Shown here one piece after another: positions 30,945 to 42,595 of a DNA stretch of 64,000 nt. How positions within the stretch are numbered: position 1 is the stretch's first letter; every line of letters starts with the position of its first letter. Source of the DNA: Savitreella phatthalungensis. Taxonomy: Eukaryota. The notes below the pieces were generated by a model. It did not search any database. It was not told the DNA's origin and saw nothing but the letters and a program-made list of their open reading frames with translations. A program made the translations under genes and the position numbers. Where the stretch lies: the NCBI GenBank assembly GCA_051599415.1, contig AP039689.1, forward strand, positions 930,001-994,000, read 5' to 3'.

Positions 30945-32780
30945 TCATCCTTGACGAGCAAGCTGGCGAGGAGATGCAGGATTGATGTGGGGGACCTCTT
31001 CGACTGTGCTGTTGCTGCGCTGGTGGAGTGAGAATGTGCCGCGTCGTGAGGCAGAACCTGAGAACTCTGGGAGCGAGCCGTCCTTAAGGAAGTCCTGAAG
31101 AACTTGTGGACCCGATGCTGCTGCAACGAGGCCGAGGAATGGTGGAGATGGTGCGAGAGGACGCGTGAGATACTCAGGGTGGTACTGAACACCAACGTAG
31201 TATGGATGGTCCTGCAACTCGAAGATCTCCATTCGCTGTCCAGTCTCGTCCTTGCCGACAAAGGGCAAGCCTGCGGCCTCGATTTTGGATACGTACTCAG
31301 GGTTGATCTCATACCTGTGTCTGTGACGTTCCATGACGACCTCCTGATTTTTGTACAATGCTCTGACCTTTGACCACTTCTCCGTGCCAGGCTGCATATG
31401 GGTGCCACGGAGACCCAGTCGCATGTTACCGCCCATGGTCTCCTTGTCGATCTCCGGCATGAAAAGAACGATTGGGTTCGGCGTGGATTCATCCAATTCT
31501 GCAGAGTGTGCGCCAGCAAGACCCATAACATTCCGAGCGTACTCGATCACGGCAATCTGAAGACCGAGACACACGCCGAGGTACGGGATCTTGTTCTCAC
31601 GTGCCCACTTGGCTGCAGCCATCATGCCCTCTGTGCCACGAGCGCCGAAGCCGCCAGGAACGATGACACCGTCAGCAGAGCACAGGGCATGCCATGCCTT
31701 GTGGAAGTTCTTCGGGTCTGTGGATGCAGCCTCTGGCTCAAGATCTGATGCATCGACCCACTCGAGGATGAGCTTGCGGTTACATGCGAGTGCTGCGTGC
31801 TCTAGTGATTTGACCACGGAGATGTAGCTGTCTTGAACCTTTGTATACTTGCCGACCAGCACAATTGTGACCTTGTCGAACAGGCGGTCGTGTGCGACGG
31901 TCAGTCCCTGCCAGCGGTTCCAGAGACGCATACCTTTTGCGCGTTGTGAATCTGAGATCTGGATCTCGTCCAGGTGCAAGCGCTTGCCGAGCGTCTTGAG
32001 CAGCTTCTGGTCTTCCAGCAGCAAAGGCACGTGGTAGGTTGAAGCGACATCGTGAACTGCCCAGACCTGATCGGGGCCGACGTGACAGAACATGCCGATC
32101 TTCTCAACAGCGCTGCGCTCGAGACGCTGCGGACAGCGACATGCAATGAAGTCGGGTGTGAGACCTAGACCACGCAGGTCTCGGATAGCTGCCTGCGTGG
32201 GCTTTGTCTTCTGCTCGCCACTGACTACGGGAACGAGTGAGACGTGGATGAGAGCGAAGTTCTCGTGTCCGACGCGGAACTGAAATTGTCGGAGTGCCTC
32301 GACGAACGGCGCAGATTCGATGTCACCGACTGTTCCGCCGAGCTCGATGATGCATACGTCTGGCTCTTCACCTGTCTCATCGATTGGAACACGTGCTACG
32401 CGCTCAATCCAGTCCTGGATCTCATTCGTGATGTGAGGTACAACCTGAACTGTCTTGCCAAGGTAGTCACCCTTGCGCTCGCGCTCTATCACCTGGCGGT
32501 AGATCTTACCCGTTGTGATGTTGTTTTCTCGCGTGAGTGTGACATTGAGATATCGCTCGTAATTGCCGAGATCCAGGTCGACCTCGCCTCCATCATCGAG
32601 AACATAGACTTCGCCATGTTCGATCGGAGACATTGTGCCTGCATCGATGTTCATGTAAGGGTCGATCTTGATCGACGTGACCTTGAGGCCAAGCGTCTTG
32701 AGAAGAAGGCCTGTGCTGGAGGCGATGACTCCCTTTCCGATGCCGGAGATGACACCGCCTGAGACGGCGACGTAGCGCAT
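30945..32780 (-). CDS. URA7: CTP synthase
   Basis: [48 protein letters not shown] and QYHPE. Confidence 0.98.
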   Translation of the reverse strand: MRYVAVSGGVISGIGKGVIASSTGLLLKTLGLKVTSIKIDPYMNIDAGTMSPIEHGEVYVLDDGGEVDLDLGNYERYLNVTLTRENNITTGKIYRQVIERERKGDYLGKTVQVVPHITNEIQDWIERVARVPIDETGEEPDVCIIELGGTVGDIESAPFVEALRQFQFRVGHENFALIHVSLVPVVSGEQKTKPTQAAIRDLRGLGLTPDFIACRCPQRLERSAVEKIGMFCHVGPDQVWAVHDVASTYHVPLLLEDQKLLKTLGKRLHLDEIQISDSQRAKGMRLWNRWQGLTVAHDRLFDKVTIVLVGKYTKVQDSYISVVKSLEHAALACNRKLILEWVDASDLEPEAASTDPKNFHKAWHALCSADGVIVPGGFGARGTEGMMAAAKWARENKIPYLGVCLGLQIAVIEYARNVMGLAGAHSAELDESTPNPIVLFMPEIDKETMGGNMRLGLRGTHMQPGTEKWSKVRALYKNQEVVMERHRHRYEINPEYVSKIEAAGLPFVGKDETGQRMEIFELQDHPYYVGVQYHPEYLTRPLAPSPPFLGLVAAASGPQVLQDFLKDGSLPEFSGSASRRGTFSLHQRSNSTVEEVPHINPASPRQLARQG

Positions 32781-33333
32781 CTTGTGATCAGTCCGCTGAC
32801 AGGCTGGACAGGATTCGTATGTAGGGGATTTGGAATCTGAAATGTGTAGGTGAAATGAGAATGCGCGATAAGATGATGGATTGAGATGTCTTCTGTGCTG
32901 CTTTCTTTCAGTAGCGGAGTGGACTTGCTCCCTTGTGCTCTCGAGGATAGTCTGGCTTCTCTTTTGAGACTTTCGTACCTGGTACTAAGGGTTGTCAATA
33001 GCCTGCATTCAGTCTAGATTTGTATCTGTATCGGTCACAATAATTGCAGATTTGTGACTTGAGCAGGTCTTGCCCGTGCGTGCTTGTGGATCGTGCAAAA
33101 TATGCAGCAAACATGAGAGCTACAGTTGCTGCTGAAATGCACAAACTGGATGCTAGCTCAAATGCTAGCTCAAATTTATGTGAATGAAATCCAGATGTGC
33201 GTTCCGACACCAGCACGTGAACCTACACAGACACACACTACAGATGTGATATTTCTGGATGATCAATGTATATGACCCGATTCAATTTTAGATTTCTAGC
33301 CTGCGGAATGATCTAAGGGCTGGACTACTGTCT

Positions 33334-33431
33334 ACGCGCCTGAATTTATGAAACGCGGCGCGTCTTTATCCACGCGCGCACAGACACATATGAGTGTGTA
33401 ATTAAATTGGTATACATTTCCAGTCGCGTCG
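33334..33431. promoter_or_regulatory. Cluster of CGCG/MCB-like elements upstream of URA7
   Basis: ACGCGC, ACGCGGCGCGT, ACGCGCGC and TCGCGT lie within about 100 bp of otherwise AT-rich DNA. Confidence 0.35.
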
Positions 33432-34107
33432 CCTCTAGCCCTTATAATATACACGCAAATCACACATCTGACAACACATTTCAGGGGTCAAAGTATAGTA
33501 TCGGCTGCAGAAGTTTGTGTTTCGCCAGGTGTATCATGAGTCAGCCAACTGTTGCCGGACGTTTCTGATTGATTGTCCCATGAGTCAGATAAACAAGGGA
33601 AAAAGAGTTGTGCGCAAATACGTTCCTAAGTTGTTGCAAGAACCCAGAGCTGCTCGACGTGGCCTGTCCTGTGACTCTCAGGTGTCTGTGATCTTTGGCT
33701 CTAAACAGTGAAGAATCATGCTGGAAGAGTGTACGAGCACATGATCATCGTGGACATAACACAGTTGGGTTTTACTCATATGTTGGAATTCCTCCGAGCA
33801 GACTAGACTTGGAGGCCAATCAGCGTTTGAAACGACAGTGGAGCGTGGATCATGAGGAGCTCCAGTGCTCCTGCTGATGATGTACGGGAAAGCATGCATG
33901 CATGCATGGTTGCATGCAAATGAGGGAATGAACGAACGAGTGAGCGAGCGAGTGAACGTGGAAGCGGTCCGACGGCCGTTTCTGAAATGGAATCATTAAT
34001 AGTAACACATGTGAGAATGTAGTTGCACTCCAGGTAAACGATGCATGTGAGGAAGGAGAAAGGCGTTTGGGTGCTGCTGCAGGAGGAAGGAGAATTTTAC
34101 GAATGTG

Positions 34108-34155
34108 ATTCTGTACTGAGTGGATATGAATATTCTGGACTGAGTGGATATGAAT
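34108..34155 (+). repeat. 24-bp tandem duplication
   Basis: ATTCTGTACTGAGTGGATATGAAT followed by ATTCTGGACTGAGTGGATATGAAT (one mismatch). Confidence 0.9.
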
Positions 34156-34545
34156 ATGATGATCTTCAGTTTCGTTTGATAGAGTGAAACGATAAATGAT
34201 TCACTCTTAACCACTCGGCCCAGCCGAGAAAGGGCGAGAAAGAGCAAGAGCGAAAGAGAGATAAAGATACAGAGGGAGAAATAGAAATCTCCACGAAAGC
34301 GATGAACTGGGAGTAATCTTGACAGTAATTAGCTTCACGCGAATTCTGTTGACTGTAAACATTTCAGGTCTGCAGAAATCCCTTCAGGCTTGTTCACTTC
34401 TGACCAAACTCCATCAGGTTGATCCAACCAGATCGATCTATCTATCCACACCTGCCATCCCATCCACCATCCACAATTCACAATCAATCCACAATCCCCG
34501 TACGGTCATATTCCAACTCAAACCTGCAACCACACAGATACCCAT

Positions 34546-34628
34546 TCATCTACTCAATCATCCACTCAATCATTCCAGCTCAATCATCCACTCAATCACC
34601 CATTCAATCATCCACTCAGATCATTCAC
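34546..34628 (+). repeat. About 12-bp minisatellite (TCATCCACTCAA)n
   Basis: About six degenerate units read directly. Confidence 0.8.
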
Positions 34629-35411
34629 GGAAGAACCGCGCTCCTACCACATCCACTTGACTCTGCGCCTGCACCTTGCGCTTACCACCTACCTCTGCGA
34701 TCAAAGTCTATCAACCGAGCCTGGTGTAGTCTCCATCCCTATCACCCTCCACCAGTCTACCGCGATCACGTATCACCATCTCAATCTCCATCTACCTCAC
34801 AACCTTTCTACAACGACATCATAGGCCTAGCAATCAGCTTTCTCTCCAACAAACGCATCTCCTGATCAATCTGATATTCAAGCAGTCCAGGTCATCAGGA
34901 GCGAAACGCGATCAATACTCTTTCTTCCAGAGGCGCGTCCTTACTGCTTCCTTCAAACGGCCTCACAGGTGATCAGTAAGACGCGCGAAACAGGCGGCGT
35001 CTCAGTCGCATCTATCTGCGTGTGCTTTTGAAGCGCTTCCGCAAGCGTGACTCAAATACCTGTTGTAAAGTGTCCACCACCACGGAGACACTAGTAGCGC
35101 GATCTTGGAGCTTGAAGAGCATCATCAGCTTCTGATCTTCCCATACACCAGCGCGACTACCCACCTGTCAGCTGCGGACGTAAATATTCAGCGGAAAGCA
35201 TTGAACGCCCGAGCGCAGAGATACCACATCAGCGGTTCCTGCATCTGCGTTTCGCTTTGCTTGTCTGGTTTGCCCACTTGAAGCGCAACTCGCGCTCTCG
35301 CTTGGCATCGTTCTACCGAACCACTGTCTCCTCTCGCTCTCCCTCCGACTCCAATCTCACATTCACCCGTCATCGACAAATACTTGCGCAAAGGTATATT
35401 CGATTACAGGT

Positions 35412-37081
35412 ATGCAAGAGTCTGCGGGTTTTCACCACGGACGATCATCGCGCAGTCGGATGCTTTCGGATCCGGGTTTTACCTTCGACAACGACACGAC
35501 GACCGGCCAACATTCCACACTCCTGCCAAATGGCATTTTTTGAATGACGAGGAAGACGAGGTCTTGCCATGGCCACGCAAGTCGAGTAGCGGCGGCCCAC
35601 ATGACATGATCGACGGCAGCCCGCGTGGCTCAAACGCGTCTCATGGCATTCTCAAGGCCAGCAATCTGCCTTCCGACTTCAACACGCGCGAGTTCGCAGG
35701 TATGTTCACATTTGCAGATGGTTTCACGGAGGCAGAGGTGATCGAAGACGATGACGGTAGCCGTGCAGGAATTGCACGTTTCCTGACCACAGATGATGCA
35801 GAGAGAGCAAAGACAAGACTTGATGCCATCACATCGCGACCCTGGATCGACATTCATTTCCGCCTGCTGACACCAACCCATGGCAGTGTCCTACACCGCA
35901 AGACGAGTGGTCTTCCAAATCCACCTGTGCAACTTAGCACCTCAAACATGTCCACAGGCTCAGCCACAAGCAGACTTGCTGGCTATGTGCGTGATAAGAG
36001 CAGCAATCCTTCTGATTCGCAAGCTGTCTTTGACGACTTCTACGGCACCAGCCTCGGCAAGACGTCCACTTTCTCATCGTCCATGCCTAACAATACCTAC
36101 GCCACATCAGCCTCACAAAGCACTGTCTGGTCTCCGACCTCACCGCGCTTTGGAAAAGATCTCGGCAAATCACCTCCAGCTGGTCTAAGCATGCTCCCGC
36201 CGCCAATCAAGGAGGATGAGTCGTGGTCACGTGCGGCCCAAGGAGCCAGTGCGCATTTCTCGCAGCTGAGCCTCGGAGTCAACGGCGGCAGCATCAATGG
36301 TGGTACTGATGGGCACAGTCCGCAAGTGATGCCACATGCAGGTCCAGCCTCCATATACGGCTCGATTGATAATGCTATGCACGTGGGTGTAGCTCCGCAG
36401 ATGTCGCCCAATTCAGGACCTGTCGGCGGGCCATATTACCAGACGTCTTCACCTCCAAACGGCAAGCACCACGCGAATGGCAACGGCGTTGCAAACGCGG
36501 GCTTCGCAGGTGGTATTCCGAGCGGTATTGGAGCCCGCATGGGACCTCCTGCACCCGTCAACACGAACCCTGCTGACCAGAACCCGCCATGCAACACGCT
36601 ATATGTTGGCAACTTGCCACTGGCCACCACGGAGGAGGAACTGAAGGCACTCTTCTCACGCCAGCCTGGATACCGTCGGTTGTGTTATCGCACGAAGTCG
36701 AATGGCCCGATGTGCTTTGTCGAATTCGAAGACGTCAACTATGCAATCAACACCTTAAAGCTCCTACAAGGCGTCATTCTATCCAGCAGCATCAAGGGCG
36801 GCATTCGTCTCTCATTCTCAAAGAATCCGCTGGGCGTACGTAAAGTTGACAACAACGGCGTAGTTGGAGGCGCTGGAGCAGGCCTCATGGCAATGCAGCA
36901 AGCTGCCGCCACCGCTGCCGGAGGAAACATGTCGGCCAATGTCAACGGTTCGTACAACAACAATGGCTACAACAATCCGATGTTCGCGCCACCAGGATTT
37001 AACGGGCAGCAAGGAGGAAATACTCAAGGTCAAGCGCCACTGACTCATGCTGCTCCTGGGCCGGCGATCTGGTCGAGGTAA
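35412..37081 (+). CDS. Scw1/Whi3-family RRM RNA-binding protein; 5' end ambiguous
   Basis: [29 protein letters not shown] and [15 protein letters not shown] are Whi3/Scw1 hallmarks. First in-frame ATG is 35606; ATG 35412 joins only through a -1 shift at 35536-35541. Confidence 0.88.
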
Positions 37082-37643
37082 ACCCCTATACCACAAGAAC
37101 GGCACGATCCTGCCGGCCATCTCATGATTTTGACACGACACGGACTCTGACTCATAAACACTCATACTCTCACGCACAGCACACAGAACACGGAGACCTG
37201 CATCAAGCATTCAGGTCACGCGCATGATCCGCTCATCCTCGACATCCTCGCTCTCATTTTCGTTATCGCCAATTACAACATCATCATCTACCACAGTTTC
37301 AACCTGCGGTCATTCTCATGGACGCTCAGCCCCCTTTTCTTTGCTCTACCTCTTTTTTCGCTTCTGCATCGGCATCTCTTCGAACAATCAATCGACTCAG
37401 TCACTTACTCACTTGCTCACTCACTCTGCACTTGCACTTTCCGATTCGCACGGCCTCCCAGGGTCGATGAATCATCTTTCATACAGCTCTGTATCAGTAA
37501 ACGCTGAAGGCAAATTTCTAGCCAACTTCCTCGTCCGTTTCCACGTCATTCTTGTAGTAGTCGTCAAACGTGTGTGATTGACTGTCCTGCTATGTACACT
37601 TTTATTCGTTGGAGAGTTGCGGCCTAGGGGCAAGATGCGGTTC

Positions 37644-38348
37644 TCAAGCCCGGGGCTTCTCTGCAAACGCCGGCGCTCGTGCGTTGCGCGGGTGGAGATG
37701 CACGTTTGGTGGCAGCGGAATCTGTGTCGCCTCAGCACGAAGCCGCTCGACAACGCCGACCACTCCCGCCAACTCAGCATCCTTCCGTTTCTCCCTCACA
37801 AGAAACCTCGAGACGGCATCGACGCAAGACGTCCCACCATACAAATCCGTGTCTGCGGCACGGCGACCTGTAGTGCTGTAAATCCGCTTGGCGAGGTCGA
37901 GTCTGAGGGCGTTGCGATCGGCGTCAGGATTGAGGTCGAGCTGTGCGGCTGCTTCTCGCAGCTCGAGCGCGAGCGTGTTCTCACTCGCGTGCTCGCCCTT
38001 CGTCAAAACATCGTCAAAAAGAGGCTCCCGAGGAACAGCTCCAACCTCAAACCCAATCACTCGACCTGACCGCACACCACCAGACGCACCACGCGACCCG
38101 ACAGCCGTCGCAGAAGACAGGTCCAATGTCGTACGAGCCTCGCCTTCCTTGTTGACCTCGGTCGTAGGCGTGCTGCTTGGAGACGGTGTGGGAGATGGAG
38201 TCGGCGTGTCAGCCTGCTTACGTCGTGTGATTAGGCTCGTCACACGCTCAAACAACGAGACCGATCGCGTCGATTGCTGGTATAGAAGTGATCGCGGGGA
38301 TCTTGTATGTACACATTGTGTCGCTCGAGTCGTCGTCCGTCCAAGCAT
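37644..38348 (-). CDS. MRPL13: Probable mitochondrial ribosomal protein mL50
   Basis: Arg/Thr-rich presequence. LRLDLAKRIYSTTGRRAADTDL and LPPNVHL resemble the fungal mL50 pattern K...TG..I.D...LPNV. Confidence 0.55.
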   Translation of the reverse strand: MLGRTTTRATQCVHTRSPRSLLYQQSTRSVSLFERVTSLITRRKQADTPTPSPTPSPSSTPTTEVNKEGEARTTLDLSSATAVGSRGASGGVRSGRVIGFEVGAVPREPLFDDVLTKGEHASENTLALELREAAAQLDLNPDADRNALRLDLAKRIYSTTGRRAADTDLYGGTSCVDAVSRFLVREKRKDAELAGVVGVVERLRAEATQIPLPPNVHLHPRNARAPAFAEKPRA

Positions 38349-38608
38349 GTTTGGACAAGCAATGTTCGTAGAGTGTAGTCGTTGATGGCCTTTGCTGGTG
38401 GCTTTCTCACTTTTTTTCCTTCTATGGGGATTCTGTCAGGTGGATTTGCGTGCATCTTTTTCCAGCTTTACCAGCAAGATTGCCTGCACGAGTCGTGTGG
38501 ATGATACAGTAACAGCGACAAACAACTTCAGGCCACCTTCTTCTGCCTTCTCCTCAGCGTGCAAGTCATCAGCTTGGAGTTCCGCAGGTATTAGAGCCAT
38601 ATAGAGCA

Positions 38609-40336
38609 ATGGCGAAGCTTGCAAATGCTCTCGCAGATATATCGCTGTCCGGGTCACCAGAGTCACAGCTGCTGCAGCTCCTGTCAGACGACAAGTACGG
38701 TACGGCATTGAAACTGGCACAGCGTTCGGGGCACAAGCTCGTCCAGGCATATGCCCTCTACAGGCTGGGTAAGGAGGAAGATTCACTCTCGCTGATCACC
38801 GGTGACAGCAGTCGAGGAGGTCTGCATCTAAAAGCTCAGCTACTGTATCGGCTTGAGCGCTTCTCTGAAGCTGCAGATGTCTACAGTCAGCTCCAGGCAG
38901 CCAGCAGCAGCGAATGTGTCGACAACGAGGCGGAGGACATCCAGGTGAACAAGTTGGCACTTGCAGCGTGGCAAGGGATAGATGTCGAGGAGGATGCAGT
39001 GGCTGGAAATGCATCGCATGAGGCATTGTTCAATGCATCGCTAGCTGCCGCCACGCGTGGAGATACTGCGGCTGCAGAGTCACTGTTGGACCGTGCAGAA
39101 GCTGCAGCAGAAGTTTTAGGGCTTGACGAGGCTGATCGCGAGTACGAGCTAGGCCCAATTCTTGCACAACGCGCCCACCTCCGTGGTGACCGGGCTCTCA
39201 ACGCCAGGGTGCGTCAGATGAAGACTGATGCCGTCACTACATACCTCGCACATACCAACTTTGTGGCCAACGAAGCTGCCAACGACTACGAGGCCGCCAA
39301 GGCATATGCGACAGCCAAGCCACTGAAACCTGCGCAGCGGCTGTTTGCAGCTCAAGACAGGGCTGTGAGCTTCAACGTGCTTGTCGCCAAGGCGCTGGCT
39401 GGGGGTGACATCAAGAAGGAGGTACGCGAGTACAGCGTGCGGCATCCAGGTGATGCTGAGCGCTTGGCCGTTTTGCGTGGGCTGGCTTACAACGCTGCGA
39501 CTGCGCCTGAGCTCGCAAAGTTAGCCAAAGGTGGCCACCCTTACCTTGCAGGCACAGCGATCGGTCGACTTGTGAGTATACGCGCAGGCTCCCACAAGGC
39601 TGCGCTCGAGCTTGCGCAGAGCTTGCCGGACGGCGCGACTGATCCTGCGATCATCGGAGCTAGATGTGCGTTGCTCGACAGCATGGCGCGTGGTGATGAA
39701 GCACAGGCGCTTTTGGACGACGCCATCTCCGCCGCCGACAAACAGAACAAAGTCGAGCTGCTCGCTGGCGCTGTCAGGCGGGCGCTAGCCTCGTCACTCC
39801 CACAAGCCGCCAAAGACGGCAGCGAGACGGCCGTCAACAAGAGCGACCGCGCTCTCAAACTCGTTCAAGAACTGGCCGCGATCGCACTCTCGCACCCCGT
39901 CGCTGTGTCGGCGAGAGTCTTACTCGGGGAAGAGAATGGTGAGCAACCAGACGAGTCAGTAATCTTGCCTGATTTATCGGGCGTCGACCTTGTGGCACTG
40001 GAATCAGGCACACGGTTCCCGTCGACCTCATCGTCGCGCAAGCGCACACGACAACCCTCTAGCAAGCGTCCTGCCCAATCAGACAAGCCGGCGAAGAAAC
40101 CAAGGCGTTTACCGAAAGGTAGATCAGCGGCAGACCCCGTCCCGACGACTGAAGATCCTGATCGATGGCTGCCGCTTCGCGATCGTGCGTCGTACAAGCC
40201 GAGGAAGACGGCAGGGAAAGGGTCTTCCGGTCACCAAGGCGGGTTCGGCAGTGAGCCACAGCCACAGACACAGACGCCAGCACCTACCGGCAGTACCGCC
40301 AACAAGAAGAAAAAGAAGAAATCAGGTCGCAAGTGA
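38609..40336 (+). CDS. SRP72: Signal recognition particle subunit SRP72
   Basis: TPR-like AYALYRLG and HLKAQLLYRLERF; RNA-binding motif DPDRWLPLRDRASYKP; HQGG; poly-Lys tail. Confidence 0.92.
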   Translation: MAKLANALADISLSGSPESQLLQLLSDDKYGTALKLAQRSGHKLVQAYALYRLGKEEDSLSLITGDSSRGGLHLKAQLLYRLERFSEAADVYSQLQAASSSECVDNEAEDIQVNKLALAAWQGIDVEEDAVAGNASHEALFNASLAAATRGDTAAAESLLDRAEAAAEVLGLDEADREYELGPILAQRAHLRGDRALNARVRQMKTDAVTTYLAHTNFVANEAANDYEAAKAYATAKPLKPAQRLFAAQDRAVSFNVLVAKALAGGDIKKEVREYSVRHPGDAERLAVLRGLAYNAATAPELAKLAKGGHPYLAGTAIGRLVSIRAGSHKAALELAQSLPDGATDPAIIGARCALLDSMARGDEAQALLDDAISAADKQNKVELLAGAVRRALASSLPQAAKDGSETAVNKSDRALKLVQELAAIALSHPVAVSARVLLGEENGEQPDESVILPDLSGVDLVALESGTRFPSTSSSRKRTRQPSSKRPAQSDKPAKKPRRLPKGRSAADPVPTTEDPDRWLPLRDRASYKPRKTAGKGSSGHQGGFGSEPQPQTQTPAPTGSTANKKKKKKSGRK

Positions 40337-40538
40337 TCAAGCGTCTACCAAGCACCTCATCACCTTCACACATCACCACAGCATTCTCTTGCACATGCAT
40401 ACGAAAATTTGTACATACACATCACTGCGTAACAACTGTGCTTCTGACTGTGGTGAATGGGGTGTCATTATGTGAGGGGTGAAGATTCGTTTAAAAGTTA
40501 AGAGGGTGTCGTGAAGTGCGTTGCGTTGCGTGTGGGTT

Positions 40539-41288
40539 CTAGACGTGTGGGTGCGGGGTCGATGGAGACAGAATGCCTTCATGCGGAGGAGGCAATTTGC
40601 CAGCGATCGGTGCAGCAATCTCAGCAGGCAAGAAACCATTGATACCACCCCAACTGTCCGCCGGCCATTCAGGCAATGGCGTCGTCACGTCCGCCTGATC
40701 GTCTGTCTGTGTGGCTGATGATGTCTGCGAGGGTGGAGGAAGGGCGGTGGTCGAGGAGGATTTGTCCACGGTAGGAGTTGATGGGTGGCCTGGGATGGTA
40801 GGACCTCGTACGCCTGGCATGAGAATTGTGAGGTTGCGCATGGGCAAGCCGTGCTTGAGCCGGAAAGCCGCTAGCTTTGTCGCGTTCGCTGCAACTTCTC
40901 TCGCATGGGAGAGCTCAGCAGCAACCCGTTCCGACTCACGCTGCAGTCCAGCAAATCCGCCAGCAGACACCCAGCCGAGGTACACAGCGAAGATGGCCCA
41001 GACGCCGAGCAGTAGGCAGAGGTAGTTGGCGATGCGCCGGCGAGATCTCCGAAGACGTAGCCGCTCGGTGGACGATGTCGGTGGTGTTGGTTCAGGCGAA
41101 GGTTCTCTGAAGTCGCGTTCGAGAAAGCGTTCCTTGGACGCATCATCCAGAGTCGACCAGGCTTGACCCCTGTTTGGGATGTATGGAGAGCTCGACTGTG
41201 ACTCGAGATCAACAGATGAAGGGCCATCAGAAGCAATCAGCTCGTCGATGAAGCGCGCCGAATGTGATGGCGGCTCTAACGATGACAT
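40539..41288 (-). CDS. Hypothetical single-pass membrane protein
   Basis: Arg cluster followed by hydrophobic YLCLLLGVWAIFAVYLGWV, then a Pro/Thr/Ser-rich tail; no family recognised. Confidence 0.6.
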   Translation of the reverse strand: MSSLEPPSHSARFIDELIASDGPSSVDLESQSSSPYIPNRGQAWSTLDDASKERFLERDFREPSPEPTPPTSSTERLRLRRSRRRIANYLCLLLGVWAIFAVYLGWVSAGGFAGLQRESERVAAELSHAREVAANATKLAAFRLKHGLPMRNLTILMPGVRGPTIPGHPSTPTVDKSSSTTALPPPSQTSSATQTDDQADVTTPLPEWPADSWGGINGFLPAEIAAPIAGKLPPPHEGILSPSTPHPHV

Positions 41289-42595
41289 GATTTTGCTCGA
41301 TCAGAAGACCCGTCAAGGTTGACGAGTAATTGCTATTGTACGTTGACAGTGCGGTCCGGATGAGTGGGGAATAGAAGAGGTGGCAGAAGGGTGAGAATCT
41401 AGACAGAAGGAGAGGGTGAGATGAACATCCAGGTCCCTTGTTTCAGCGTTTCCTCGTGAAGGTTCGATCAGCCGATCTTGAAGAAAGCTCGACGATTGAT
41501 ATCGCGACTGATGTATGAGTTCCGCTTGTTAAAATGCTGTCGCCAGCAGGAACGTATGTTCAGATCAGGTGTGTGTGACGATGTGGTCTGTATGTGTATA
41601 CGTGGATGATGAAGCAGAGTACAAGCTCGTATGTGTATGATTGTGACTATTTGACCCTGATACTCATCCTCAGCCACTCACTACTACCTCTGATGACTTG
41701 TTCTCTTCTCTTCTCTTCTGTTCTTGAGTTCTTCTCTTCTTGGACCCTCTTCGAACCTTTCTTTGTCTGTGCTACGTCTCTTCTGCACGCCCGTCTGGAC
41801 TTGTGTTTCTGAGAGTGTGGTCGGGAGGGCGGGCAGTTTTTCGCGCTAGATTGCTGTCTCGGTAGAATTGCGTTTTGGGATTTTCTCGCTTGCATCATTC
41901 CTCTTCAATCACTGGTCAGTGACTAGTCAATCTATTCTCGCTTGTCTTCCTAAGAACTGCTCATAGACAATCTGGAAGGGGTTGTCAGGTATTTACCTCA
42001 GAAAGAAGTCTGAGGGCGTGGCGTTCTTTTACAGGCGGGGAAGATTCGATTCAACTGTTGGAAATTTACTTGTGAGTTTCAGCTTTTCTAATCTGATCAC
42101 TGTTGAGATTGAGTGGAATTTTCAAACAATGGCATTTACCTCGATTCACTTCCAAAAACAGTAACTACGCCCCTACGACCATCATCCACCTTATCAGCCT
42201 TGCTAGATAAGACCAGCGCAAGAACACCGAAGCCAAGTACTTTCTCTATACTTAACCTAGAGTGATCTCATTTTCCAGCCTCCTGGTAGCACACTCAACC
42301 TAACAGAATTTATCTGCACGCATAGGACGACCTGACCAAGCGGGCCAGTCGCAGGTCTCAGTCAAGACGAAATTATCATAGAGCCCCACAGGAGAAAAAC
42401 CAGGTTCAAGGTAGAACAAGTGAACCCAGACAAGACGGAAAAGTTGCAGCTGTCTCCGAGTCCAAAGCTCGGCATCTCGGCAGGTTTATGACTTCCGGAG
42501 TCTTTTTCAAGGCTTTCGAAGGTCAAGCATGAGGTTCATGAGAGAGTTAGCAGTCAAAAGAATGCACAGTGAAAATTTGACTATTTTTATTATCC

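Noticed and set aside
41455..41480. GGTTCGA T-loop-like strings (also near 43979 and 60618)
   Set aside because: No cloverleaf or acceptor-stem pairing around them; not tRNAs.
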